A DNA stretch of 63,616 nucleotides, the filler included, from Globobulimina sp. (Eukaryota): NCBI GenBank assembly GCA_003354225.1. It is 21 parts of 21 records of this genome, joined end to end, with 100 filler letters (N's around TTAATTAATTAA, not from the genome) between each part and the next. Parts side by side here need not be neighbours in the genome. Positions count along the whole stretch, not along the records: positions 9,110 to 12,045 come from PIVH01004294.1; positions 12,146 to 15,081 come from PIVH01004295.1; positions 15,182 to 18,116 come from PIVH01004296.1; positions 18,217 to 21,151 come from PIVH01004297.1; positions 21,252 to 24,186 come from PIVH01004298.1; positions 24,287 to 27,220 come from PIVH01004299.1; 15 more parts are not named here. The stretch is one strand, 5' to 3'. Of this stretch, positions 11,833 to 24,310 are shown piece by piece. The notes under the pieces were generated by a model. That model saw only the letters and a program-made list of their open reading frames with translations, was not told where the DNA came from and did not search any database. A program made the position numbers and the translations under genes. Each line of letters starts with the position of its first letter. The first letter of the stretch is position 1.

Positions 11833-12145
11833 CGTGTTCTATGGTTGTATTGTTTGGAAGTTGGTTTAGTTGGGATGCTTTTTGTGGATGAATAAGTTAG
11901 TTAAGGTTTTCAAATGATAAAAAAAATAGTTTACAAACATAACTCACAAGGCACGTACAATTATAATTACATTGAGTCTAACTTGATTTTTTAATAATTA
12001 TCTCTGTGATTGGGGTTTCTCGATCAATTTGAATGTCAAAATTTANNNNNNNNNNNNNNNNNNNNNNNNNNNNNNNNNNNNNNNNNNNNTTAATTAATTA
12101 ANNNNNNNNNNNNNNNNNNNNNNNNNNNNNNNNNNNNNNNNNNNN

Positions 12146-13299
12146 AAACAAGAATTATTAACTTATTTAAATGGTGATATTTCCGTTCAATTTCAGCGTT
12201 TTCGTTTGTGGGTTGCAGGTCATACAAATAGGATTATTTTTATATTGTTATCTTGTTCAGATATGATACTTGAAATATTTACGACCTCTATATCTTCGGA
12301 TGGCAAAGTCATTGTAAATAAGCCAGGATCAATACTTACATTATCTTGTTCGACGAATGCATATATTCGTTTCGTATTTTATATGTTATCAAATTTCATA
12401 TTTTCATTATTTTCATGGTACAAATGTCAATTGGTTTATACTTCAATGCAACCAACTGAATCAATTGCAAAATGCATCCCATTCTTAGTAAAATCAATAT
12501 TTTGGTATATCATTGCTACATATCCTATGTTTTTAATTTGGGGCAGCTTTGAATTGCATTCCAATTCATGGACTCAATCAGATGGAGGTATGTATAAATA
12601 ATATCGACCATTAATATCGTATCTACATATTTATTTATTTTAGATATGAGACTTTGTTACATTTATTTCCCCGCTCCGCTGTTTGTTATGTTTTTTGCGC
12701 ATGATTTGATGTTATTTGTTTTATTATTCATATTATTTATGATTCCGTTGGGGTATCAACATAAGAGAGCGAAAAGAGTGCAAACATTCAGTACCAAAAA
12801 ACAACAAAACATGAATTATAGCTATGATGAATACACTAAGTACAAGTATTGCAATATAATATCAAATGATTCAAACACAAAAAGCAAACAAAACTCACCA
12901 AACACACCATTTAGCCGCGGAACTGGCTCAAATTCATCACACAATGTAAATGATACTATTGCAGTTACTGATGAATTGCAGGCTGCAATGATAAGGAATG
13001 GCATTGCTGGCTCATTTGCCACTATTATTGCTACTCTGTTTTTAACCGCATTTTATTTTGCGTCCTGGCATATTGCGACTACCAAACATAGCCAAACTAG
13101 TCATGATTATCACAATAGACAACGACTCTGGACATCAGGATTTATGGTAATGGCAAATTTTTTACGATATTTGGTGTTATATATTTGCATGACAGTTACT
13201 TACAAAGATTGGAAAACCATGTTATGTCCGTGGAAATGTTGTAAAAATTATTCAGAAACACATTCGAATATTAACAGTGTATATGTTGCACAACACTGA
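12146..13299 (+). CDS. Multi-pass membrane protein, GPCR-like topology (5' partial)
   Basis: About six hydrophobic helices, a long polar loop before the last two, and a Cys-rich tail (LCPWKCC). Intron ~12589..12643. Confidence 0.55.
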
Positions 13300-13480
13300 A
13301 TTGACCTAAAATGTTAGTCGGACTTCCCTTGTAAAGAGTGTAGATGGTGACAGTTTCTAAAAGATTTTCATTCTGTGGGTCCCATGAAAAAACAAGTTTT
13401 TATAGCTGCAGTTAACCGTTTTTGGATAACCATGCCCTGCTTTGAAAAATAGAAACAGTCGAACGCAACCAACAGAACCC

Positions 13481-15081
13481 ATGCCACAAAACAACAAACA
13501 CGGATACAAAGATCCAACACGAAAATGGGGATATTATGCAGTCAAATATCTATTTAAAACAATGATGTTATGTTTCATCCTAATTGGATTATAAAATGCA
13601 CGCACTTTATTTCGCACAAACGATAACATTGATTTATAATTAAAATATTTTAATATTTAGAACTATCTTTTACTCGGAAGTCGAGGTGGTCGGTTCAAGC
13701 AATTTCCCGGTTGAAGGACCAGTCATTGTAGCCATAAATCATTGTAATTCATTAACGGACGCTGCGATTACACTACATTCGTGTCCAAGAGATGTGCGGT
13801 TGACGTGCAAAGACAGCTTATTAACACAACCTGGTTTTATGTCATTATTAATACGTAATATTGAATCTATTCCCTTTCAACGAAGAAGTGATTATAAAAA
13901 CGAAACAGTGACAGTGGATAATACAGCTTCTATCAATACATTATTGAAAGAATTGAGTGTTGGATGTTGTGTTGGTTTATTCCCAGAAGGACTCTGTAGA
14001 TATAAACCGCAATTAAGTGAGTTTAGAACAGGTGTGGCCCGAACAGCAATCGATTATGTTTTAAATGTATTGTCCGGCTCCGGAGACATTGAGTCTTCCT
14101 ACAAATATATCCACATTGTACCAGTTGCCATAACCTATATTCATCGGGAAAGGTTTGGAAGCGATGTTTCTGTTCGAATCAATTCAGCGATTAAAATTGG
14201 TAAAAAACTATTGGAGCAACATAATGTTAATATTAATGACAAAATACATTTGGCTGAAAATAAATATTTAATGGCAAAGGAAATCACAAAAAAATTACAT
14301 GATTCTATAATTAACGCAACCATATCGTCACCGGATTGGCATACGATATGTTTGTCACATTTATGTCGACAAATTGCTTTTGTTGAAAGCAGCAATCCGA
14401 GACAAGGAATATTTTGTGCTCAATATGTTGATTTAACATCAAAATTTTGTCATATATTTACTAAACATTGCGAGGACAGTCAGGTTAAGGAATGCATTGC
14501 AGCGTTGGCTAAATATTGGAAGTTATTATATTACTATGGATTGAAAGATGTTCGTATCTTTGAAATGCAACAATTGCAAAAAACAAGTAACAACAAAATA
14601 AGAATAAGTAAAATGTCAATATTTTTGCGAATTATTTATCGAGGAATTGCAGCGGCAATGTTATGTTCAATGGCAATGCCGGGATTTGTGTTGGCATTGC
14701 CATTGGTTATATCTTTTCGAATTATTAGATATAAAAAAATAAAAGCTGGGCTTTGCATGAATTATGACGAAATTGCTCATACTAAAATGGCTGCGATATT
14801 GCTTTTTGTTCCATTATTGACGATAATTTATTCGTTGGTCATTGGCAAGAAAATATCTTCATTTTGTGGGAAAATATTTGTTGTAATATTTCCATTTGTT
14901 TTATGGACGACAATGAGATTAAGCCAGGATGGCACAGCACAGTTACGTTCATTTTGGAGTTTATTGAAAATGTTATTTTTATCTCAAAAAAATAAAAAGA
15001 TATTGATTAAAAATCGAACAATATGTCAATTATTAGTAAATAAATTGGTGGAGAAGTTTAATATGAATTATGATTATAAAA
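13481..15081 (+). CDS. Glycerol-3-phosphate O-acyltransferase (PlsC domain, Sct1/Gpt2-like), 3' partial
   Basis: NHCNSLTD (HX4D), FPEG, RTGVAR, IVPVAITY and C-terminal TM helices. A short first exon from 13481 splices to 13661. Confidence 0.85.
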
Positions 15082-15181
15082 NNNNNNNNNNNNNNNNNNN
15101 NNNNNNNNNNNNNNNNNNNNNNNNNTTAATTAATTAANNNNNNNNNNNNNNNNNNNNNNNNNNNNNNNNNNNNNNNNNNNN

Positions 15182-15314
15182 TGTATAAATCAGAAATAAT
15201 ATTTTTGCAATGTATAACAACAACGATACTTAAAGAAAATGCAGCAACTATTGTCATAATCCAATGACTCCACCAAAACCAACTTGCTTTCTCCCAATCC
15301 ATCAAATCACTCAT
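15182..15314 (-). CDS. Membrane protein N-terminus (3' partial)
   Basis: MSDLMDWE followed by a hydrophobic helix, running to the contig end. Confidence 0.35.
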
Positions 15315-15566
15315 TTTAATGTAGTGTTGTTTATTATTATATCAATTTCGCAGTGGTTTCTACGGAAAACTTTTGAAATCAAAATAACCAAATCACAAGT
15401 TATCATCAAACTGAAATGGAGTGTGATGACAAAAATGACATCGATTGAGAGTGTAATGGCAACATATACAACCACATAAAAACCTAAATAATAATAATAA
15501 AATAATATATAAAAAAATCAAATGATCGAATGTGCAACAATTACAATAACATTATGGTTTCATTTG

Positions 15567-17931
15567 TTATTTAATGGTAGTTGCTGTAGATCCATAATCT
15601 ATTTTACCTCCATTGCCTACATTAACCATTCTTGAATTACCACTCCGTTTTTCATTATCATTATTGCAATGTTTTAATGGCTGCACTTCCGATACATCGC
15701 CAACAATATCGTTATTAATTTGCTTCTTTTTACAACAACAACAATAAATAAAACATCCAATAACAATGAGAGCCACACATAGTGGGATTACTATATAAAG
15801 AACACATTCATCCAAAGCAAAAGCAGTGGAATTATGTTCGAATTCATTTCCTCCATTTAAACTTTTCAATGCTTTATCAAATAATTTATATTCAAATTCA
15901 ACATCTTTATACATTTTAAAGGGACACCAAAACGTTGGATTATGACAGACGCGATCCGGTTCAATCACATCTTTACCAAATAATTCCGCCGCATTCTGCT
16001 CTCCCATTAATGGAATGGCCGCCATCTCTTCAAACTCATTCAATCTATTTTTGAATTTCCGTAAAATATCTGGATACAACGCAGACAAATCATAATATTC
16101 ACAAGCATCCAATTCCAAATCAAACAAACAGCCATTCTCTGTATTTGCACATTCAATCGAGTTAATTTCAAAAGTATTCACACCATGTTTCTCCATAAAT
16201 GTATCACTGTTTTTGTTACAAAATATTTCCGCCACACTGTTATTTAAAGCATATCCACGAAACCATTTGTCGCCATCCGTGTAATCGGGCAGTAGCGACG
16301 CCACATTGTCACCGCGAATAAATTTGTATCTGCCAATTCTGAGCGCACCGCACGATTTAAATGGGCACCAAACCTCTTTCAAATCTAATAATACCTCCCT
16401 CGCAGTGTCAAAATATTCCGCATCCTCAGCATTGCCCTGTATATAATCCCATATATCAATGCCATCCAGTTCTGTCTCCTCGGTCTCGTCCCATTTCTTA
16501 TCCTCTTTAAAGACTTGCAACAACGCATCGAAATTCTCTTCGATCTCATACAATCTCCTCGACCGTTCATAGTTAATCTGTTTTATTTTTAAAATCCAAA
16601 TAATATGCTTAGATATTTCAAATCTACACAAATGCGCAGATATTTATAGCCATATTATTCGGATTTTATCTTATTATAAATTTAAAATTAACAAAGCAAT
16701 AAACCATACATCCAAACCAGCAGCGGATAGCAATGTCGGATACCTTTAGTTGCAACACAAACAAATCCAAACTTAATATCAAATTAAAAAATAAAAACAA
16801 ATTACAAACCAATCAACAATATGTATCGGATAATTCATAATTTTCCCCCTTTGAGTTTCATCCAAATAGCCACCAGTCACAAAGCCAGGCACTTTGACCC
16901 CGCCCTCCCACGAAGTATTTTTAAATCCTCGATACGGCGCATTGTCGCCAAAGTGTCTCTTGCCGCCATTGTCAGAGGTAACAAGCACCAATGTATTATC
17001 CCATAGCTGTGAGCTCTTCAAATATTCCACCACAGCTTTGATGGCGTCATCTGCGGTGCTTGTCTGTGCCTGGAAAGTCACTCTGTTATTATTGTCACCA
17101 AACCTTCCATCCGCATACATCGCCATATATTCAACCGGTGCTTGTCGCGGTGAGTGGGAAGCCTGCAACGCAAAATAAAAGAAAAAGGGAGGCGCAGTGC
17201 CAGGGAATGATGCTTTTGACTGTAACAGTTTCAAAGCTTCAGATTGCTGCCACCAAACACCATATACACCGTCGTATGGATGCAATAAAGTGTTTCCATA
17301 CTGGTACAAAGCCGGCTTTTCATTGATAAACAAATCTGTGGAAGAAACCTGTCGCATAAAGGACCACGATCGGTGGTTAAAATAATCTTCGCCGCCTGCC
17401 CAATATCCATAAAATGAGTCAAAGCCACGGTATGTTGGCGTGTATTCATATGCCATCATTCCCAGATGCCATTTGCCTATGAGATGGGTGCTATATCCGG
17501 CGGATTGGAATTCATTTGAAAGCATTGATACTTGGCGCGTTAGAGATGCAGCTATGATATTTGTAATATGTGTGTTTTATTTGCAGAGGGAGCATATATA
17601 AATAATATATATATATACGTTGATTAGCAGCACAAACACCGGATTGTAACCCGAGATGAGATGGATAGCGTCCGCTGAGGAATGCGGCCCGAGATGCAGT
17701 GCATACACGTTCTGCATAATAGTTTGTTAATATTAAACCTTCTGTTTGGGCGAGGTTGTCTAAGTATGGAGTGAGTGTGTCTGTATTGTGATGGGTCCAT
17801 CCGACATCATTGATTCCCCAGTCGTCAGTTAATATGAATATTATGTTTGGATGTGATCCGTTTGCGAGGGTCAAATCTAGACTGTATTTTGGTGCTAATT
17901 GAGATTTAATTGCGTCAACTAACAGCAATAC
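15567..17931 (-). CDS. Arylsulfatase B-like sulfatase with C-terminal TM anchor, multi-exon, start uncertain
   Basis: PNIIFILTDDWG, CTASRAAFLSGRY, GYSTHLIGKWHLG, RGFDSFYG, SDNGG, DWYPTLL. Frame-consistent introns, e.g. 17552..17618. Confidence 0.9.
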
Positions 17932-18216
17932 TAAAGAAGATTAAAAGTAAAAAGTTTGTGGATTTTGGATCTAAAAAGATTACAAGTTTGTGGATCTAGG
18001 ATATAAAAATAATTGGTTTGTTCTGGGTTTATTTAAAAAAAAAGAAAACAAATAATGGATAAAACAAAACAAAATACATAAATCCGCAAAATAAATGAGG
18101 ACAAACTATATCAATGNNNNNNNNNNNNNNNNNNNNNNNNNNNNNNNNNNNNNNNNNNNNTTAATTAATTAANNNNNNNNNNNNNNNNNNNNNNNNNNNN
18201 NNNNNNNNNNNNNNNN

Positions 18217-18457
18217 TTTTTAATGATTTTATGATAGCCGCAGGGGTTTTGATTACTTGCAAATTCTTTCTTTTTATGATATCCTTTAATTTCTTTGCTT
18301 TCGATTTTGAATTCGATTTATGTGCATTCTTGTTTTTTTTCGATTTCTTTTTAGTCGTTGCCTTTTTCGTCGTCGCATTTGTCGTCAAATCTACGAGTGG
18401 TTTTCCATGAATCGACTCTGTCTTCACAATGGTGGCAGAATTGTTGGTATTATCCAT
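18217..18457 (-). CDS. Lys/Thr-rich hypothetical protein N-terminus (3' partial)
   Basis: Open frame to the contig end; very basic. Confidence 0.35.
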
Positions 18458-18613
18458 TGAATGGTGGCAGAATTGTTGGTCTTTGAGAAAAAAGATGTTT
18501 TGAAAACCAAGTTAGTGTTCACAGTGAAATTAAATCGTCGTCAAGTCAAAAGTTAGGTTCCTTTGTAGCAAAAGTAAAAGTAAAAATGAATAAAAAAGCT
18601 TTGTTATCATCGT

Positions 18614-21139
18614 TTAATTCCAAAAATTTTGAATCCATTTAGGGATAGTTATTGCATTATCGTATAGGGATTGAGATAAGAAGCGCAAGATATGCAAACA
18701 ACTCCATTTATTTTTTTTTATGCCATGCACATGATGACTTTGTAACATGCCTCCTTGACTGACCATTAGCAACACTGACCCTGGTCTTTGCGTAAAGTGT
18801 AAATTGAAACACTCTGCATTTTGTCCACACTTCCAATCAGAATCATCAAAACAAAATTTAATATATTCGTCGCCATTATAATCAAATGTTCCTTTGTCGA
18901 TATTTGGAGTGCCATTCCTCTCATATGCAATTAATAAAATTATATCCTTTGTGCCATGATTTATTTTCAAATTACATTGTGGGAAATCCTCAATGTCAAT
19001 CACTTCAAAATCATACATACATTTATCATCGGCGTGCTTATATTGTGTTTCATTTTTATAACACATTATTTCTTGCATCTGAATCTTACGACTCGCCAAC
19101 TTTAGATTTTCTAAAAAATGCGCTTCAGGGAATAATTCAAATGCTTTGTCAAATACTTTATCGCATAAACGTAATATATTTAAGGTATCCGTAAGATACT
19201 CAGCACCATATAATGTTCGATCGTCATTTTTTATTAATTCATACTTTGCCTTCGATATTCCGAATAAATTGACCATACCCCAAAGTAATTGATCATACCC
19301 CAAATTGGTCATCATGTCCCGAACTTTATATGTTAAACCATTGAAATATATAACGCTGTCAAGCTGCCCGCTTTTTCGGTGCCAATGTGTTGACGGATCT
19401 TTCTGGATTTTGACCGAGTTAGTGTCCGCGTCATATAACTCCTCCAAAAATATTTTTCTTATTTTGTCCCTTTGTTCGTGATACCAATTCCCGATTTCCT
19501 CGATATGAATTGCTCGGATGAACGCTCCATTATGCCTTCTTTTTAGATGGAATGTAATGTCTTTGTCGCAGCCTTCAATTGATACTGTTGCAGACGGGGC
19601 GCTTAATTTCGATTGATCGGCTAACGCTGGATAATTTGAAATAAAATCATTGATAGTAATGAATATAAATTGCTCGGATGGATGTAATTTTTGATCGAAC
19701 CCCAAAAAAGTATAATGCTTCGTACATTCTTTAACATTGACAAACACCAAAAAAAAATATATATCTGTATTGATTTTAACAATCTCTCGGCACTTCCAAT
19801 CACCTACTTTCTCGGAGGGGGCAGGTGTCCGTTCTGTGGTTAGTTCATCCTCGAAGGTGTTTCTGGAAGACGAAACAAACAATTTCCGTTTTCGCCACCA
19901 CATATAACCGCATTTATGACATACATCCCACCCGTCAATACATAGTAGATGTGAAGCACATTGATTTAATCTCACCACACCGCGATAAGAAGGACATTCG
20001 GTGTTATTGCACCCTCTAGCTTGCCATCTTTTCATGCTTCTTTTACATTTATCACACCGACTTCGTTTACCATGCGATTTACCTGGTTTATCATTATTAT
20101 ATTGAATATGTCGTCTCGTTACTTGAAGAGTGATGGGATATGTTTTGATGGATTCAGGATCTTCGATTTGCAAACAATCCGGGCATAACCAATGGGCCCC
20201 GTCGCTAATAAAGTGAACATTTTTGGTTGCGGCGCATTTGCCACACAGACATTTCGTACAGCCATCACATTCCATTAATTCTCCCCTTCTTTCGCAGATA
20301 TAACACTCGTCATCATTGTTGTCCAATTCTTTTAATTCATCATCTTCATCGCATTTCGGTTGTAACGCAGCGAAAGACTCGGCCGCAAATAACAAGTCAC
20401 TGGAATTTCTGACAGACTCCCTTGATGATATTGTCGCGGCGTGTAATAATATTTTATCATTTGATGATTTAAATGATAAAATGATGTCTCTTGATCGGGT
20501 CAGACCATGTTTCACCAATAATTGTTCGACTGTTAATTGCCTTTGTTTCATAATTTCATCAATTGCTGGGATCAGCCCATGTTTCTCCTTTAATTGTTCG
20601 ACTGTTAATTGAAGTGTTTTTTCTTCGTTTTCAATCTGAAACTCCACATTTTCGTCGACATTCAGATTGTAGTCAATTGAAGTGTTTTCATTCATATTTG
20701 TTTGATTTACTGCGTGTAGCGGATACTGTGGATATGCTGATGGATTGTACTTGAATGCTGATGGATTGTAATTGAATGCCATATCACGGCGCATTGATGA
20801 TACTGCGTTGTTGTTGAATGCCAGATCACGGCGTTGCTGTTGTTGTTGAAAAACGAATCTGAATGACTCCACGAAAGTCGGTGGCAACAAATTGACGGTG
20901 GATCGGAGTGACTGCGCGTAGCGCTTGTAATTGGTATGACTAGGCAACGTTTGCTTTAAACGTTGGAGTTTCGTGTCGTATTTCTCTGGCCGGTCTACAT
21001 ATTTCTTTATGAGACCGTGATGGTCTTTATATTTGAAGTTCAAATGAGTTCCCCAAATATTGCTTCTGCGTTGTCGTGGTAAATTTGTCCAGTTGGACCA
21101 GAGTTCAATGTTGAAGGTGACATTGGCGTCATGCGACAT
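18614..21139 (-). CDS. ADD/PHD-like zinc finger protein with putative C-terminal 2OG-Fe(II) dioxygenase domain
   Basis: CYIC-x7-CDGC-x4-CGKC...WLCPDC plus a second Cys cluster. C-terminal Y-x7-HAD...PGSVLLM...HGI...LRF pattern. Confidence 0.65.
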   Translation of the reverse strand: MSHDANVTFNIELWSNWTNLPRQRRSNIWGTHLNFKYKDHHGLIKKYVDRPEKYDTKLQRLKQTLPSHTNYKRYAQSLRSTVNLLPPTFVESFRFVFQQQQQRRDLAFNNNAVSSMRRDMAFNYNPSAFKYNPSAYPQYPLHAVNQTNMNENTSIDYNLNVDENVEFQIENEEKTLQLTVEQLKEKHGLIPAIDEIMKQRQLTVEQLLVKHGLTRSRDIILSFKSSNDKILLHAATISSRESVRNSSDLLFAAESFAALQPKCDEDDELKELDNNDDECYICERRGELMECDGCTKCLCGKCAATKNVHFISDGAHWLCPDCLQIEDPESIKTYPITLQVTRRHIQYNNDKPGKSHGKRSRCDKCKRSMKRWQARGCNNTECPSYRGVVRLNQCASHLLCIDGWDVCHKCGYMWWRKRKLFVSSSRNTFEDELTTERTPAPSEKVGDWKCREIVKINTDIYFFLVFVNVKECTKHYTFLGFDQKLHPSEQFIFITINDFISNYPALADQSKLSAPSATVSIEGCDKDITFHLKRRHNGAFIRAIHIEEIGNWYHEQRDKIRKIFLEELYDADTNSVKIQKDPSTHWHRKSGQLDSVIYFNGLTYKVRDMMTNLGYDQLLWGMVNLFGISKAKYELIKNDDRTLYGAEYLTDTLNILRLCDKVFDKAFELFPEAHFLENLKLASRKIQMQEIMCYKNETQYKHADDKCMYDFEVIDIEDFPQCNLKINHGTKDIILLIAYERNGTPNIDKGTFDYNGDEYIKFCFDDSDWKCGQNAECFNLHFTQRPGSVLLMVSQGGMLQSHHVHGIKKNKWSCLHILRFLSQSLYDNAITIPKWIQNFWN

Positions 21140-21313
21140 TTAAATAAAAAANNNNNNNNNNNNNNNNNNNNNNNNNNNNNNNNNNNNNNNNNNNNTTAAT
21201 TAATTAANNNNNNNNNNNNNNNNNNNNNNNNNNNNNNNNNNNNNNNNNNNNTTGAAACAAAGAAAAACAGAAACAAAATCAAAGAAGTGATTTGAAACAA
21301 AATGGAAAAAGCC

Positions 21314-22294
21314 TCATCGCCAAGCGCCAGAGACATGAGCCCTCTGCGCATTCGGGCAATTGACCGTAGTATGGGCATTGGCCAAACCACAGCTCTTACA
21401 ATAATGAGGCCATTGACAGCCCATAAAATTATGAGCAAAACGACATTTGCGAGCCGGATCATCAAAGTAACGACAAGGCGGAATGCCCGCGAATTGCGGG
21501 GCAATGAAATGATGACCTTGCTGCAAAACAAAATACTTCGACGACGGCGTAGGCGTAGACTGCTGCGCATTATTCGTATTCTGCGATGAGTCCGGCCCAA
21601 AGGAAGGCTGCTGGTACGGATGCATTGGCTGCTGCGGAACAGCGCGAGGCTGCGGAACAGCGCGAGGCTGCTGCGGAAAAGAACCGGTATGATTTGGGCC
21701 ATAACGCGCACGCTTCCGAGGAGGTGGCTGCTGCGCATACTGATAATTCTGAGCGATAACAGGCGGAGAACGCACATTCGGAGTATTCACCCTCTGCCTC
21801 GCGCGAAAAGCTCCATTATTCGTATGATTGCCTCGGAGCCATTTATTCGCTTTCCGCGTTCTGTTAATTTGTTTATGTAGCATCCGCGGACAGTTACGCT
21901 TAAAATGTGGGCCCTGACACTCATAACAACGCAAAGCGGGAACAGCCGGACGGGGTGCCACCTTATTTGCCATTGCGGGGACAGCACCCGATACGTTTGA
22001 CGATGCCGCAATACTGACGTAAGCCTGAAGACATTCATCGGGCAAATTCTGTATCGCAAACAGAGGCTTGTCATGCGACCGCATCATTTGCCTCCAAACA
22101 TGCACAAATTCCGCTGAATTCCAACGCAACGAACGTTCATTATTGGCGGTCCGAAACTTATTGACTTGAAACGCGATCGCAATCTGCTGCCAACATACTG
22201 TGACAGAAACGGAATGATCATTGATAATCGGAATGATATACGAATTAACAAAGATGCGAACATCCTTAAAACCCCTCAAAATATATGCAACCAA
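21314..22294 (-). mobile_element. Gag-like ORF of a tyrosine-recombinase (DIRS/Ngaro-type) retrotransposon, 5' disrupted
   Basis: Zinc knuckle CYECQGPHFKRNC and C-terminal CRYFD..C...C..PHYCKSCG...H....CP. Raised GC; an in-frame stop sits directly upstream. Confidence 0.6.
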
Positions 22295-22390
22295 TTAGGC
22301 CTCTCCAATAATGCTGCAAATTTCTAAAAGACAAATGGATTATAAATGGATGGGAATGGTTTCCATTGAAGAAATGTAAAATGAGAAATT

Positions 22391-22748
22391 GTGGCAATCC
22401 ACAGCCACAACAACAACAACAACAACACCAAAAAAAGTAAAAGAAAAAATGATTTAGTGGCAATCCACAGCCACAAGAAAACAATGAGATTTCCATTTGA
22501 AAACAATGAAAAATAGACAATAGCTACAAAACAGCACGCATATATTGATTTAAATGGGATTTAATTGAAGCAACGCCAACGTGGCAATCCACAGACAGCA
22601 ACACCAAAAAATGATATTTGAATAAATTATTTGGTGGCAATCCATGGCCACAAAACAACACAAAAACGATATATAAATATAGAAGATGAGTATGATGGCT
22701 GTCTGAATGGCCAAAAAATTGGCCATCAAAAAGTGGCAATCCACAGCC
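22391..22748. repeat. Five dispersed copies of GTGGCAATCCACAGCC-like motif
   Basis: Copies start at 22391, 22457, 22581, 22634 and 22733, in A/C-rich spacer sequence. Confidence 0.85.
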
Positions 22749-24310
22749 AATCGTCCCATTCCATCTAATTTTTTATGATGAGGCTTAACGAGATCAAGCA
22801 TATCTTATTAAAGATAATTTGTGTTCAAATCCCAATCATCACATTTTGTTTTGTTTGTTTTGCATGCAGGTGCTTTGAGTGCAGATCTATAGAAACGGAA
22901 AATTGACAAAAATGAATCTGCTGCAGTTTAAATAGGCATAGCGAATTAATGCAAGCTGTTTGATAAGTTTGCTGAAAAAAATGAAAAAAACTTTTTGAAC
23001 AGAAAAAAATTTTCAGCATTATCGGAGAGGCCTATTTACTATGCTTAGGGACGAATGTATGTTTACATAGGACCTCGACGGCACGCTCGGAGAGCGTGGT
23101 CCATAGCGTATGAAACGCCAACTTCGTCGATATAAATTTCGCCAAAGCCAAAGGTATGGTTTTGCCCCAATTCAGATGTAATTTCCACATAGAAATCCAA
23201 ACAAATTTAATCTGATAAAATACGCAGCCATAACCATCCAAAATGAAATGCAAGAATTCACGCAAAGCAATATCAATCTCAGCCTTTTTGGTGACATAAA
23301 TGCCTTCAAACTTCAACTGCTGTTGATACAAAATCTGATCTGAAAAGGTATTGTTGTACAAAATCTGTGCTCTGTGCTAGGTAAATGTCCCCAGTCTCGC
23401 CACGCAACGCACTGTCACTGTGGACAAAGAGAGGGACCGCATGTTGAACACATACGAGGTAAAAATGGATCGAAAAGTATTTGAAAAAGAAAAGGCATCA
23501 ACATATGACACAATACCAGTGTTATGCAGCCATAATGACGTCGGCCATGGCACATATTACAATCTCCCAACATACGCTAACTATGATGAAATTATACCAA
23601 TCGCATACATGCCATGAGCTGCCAACAGAAAAGAAACAGAAACTTTGTTGCATACTGCCTTACCACAACTATCCTTCCACCAAAAGACGTCGTGTTACCG
23701 TAAGGTCACAGATACAAACAAATGAGCTGAAAGGTGCCGGACATGTACCACAAATCAAGCAAATCTAGAAACAAAGTAACTGTATACACAAGAAACTCAA
23801 CTGGCTGCAATACATTTCGCCGCTGCTGACCATGATACGGCATCTTTGTTATCATCGATAATGCGCATGACAGCGTTATTATTCTCGAGCATGGTCTCAT
23901 CGATCAGACGCTGAGAGGCTTTCGGATTAAACAACGCCTTCACGACCTTCCGATCAGCCACAGTCACGACGTAATCGTACGCATTATTACCATGCACACC
24001 ATGCGACTGCGCATAATTGTGAATATTCTACATATCCAAAGCCGTGGTCTGACGCTCCCGACATTGCTTATTAAATTTCTTCAACAACGCCAACATTTGC
24101 TTGGCTTTTTCCGGCTGCAAACCCTCGGTAAGAGTATCCATTTCTGTCTTGGTTTCGGTGTCAACATCAATGGCATCAGTTTGCTTNNNNNNNNNNNNNN
24201 NNNNNNNNNNNNNNNNNNNNNNNNNNNNNNTTAATTAATTAANNNNNNNNNNNNNNNNNNNNNNNNNNNNNNNNNNNNNNNNNNNNTCAAAACGTTTTTC
24301 TTGTGTTTAG

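Noticed and set aside
22391-22748. Possible CRISPR array
   Set aside because: The repeat is only ~16 bp, spacers are irregular and low-complexity, there are no cas genes and the context is eukaryotic.
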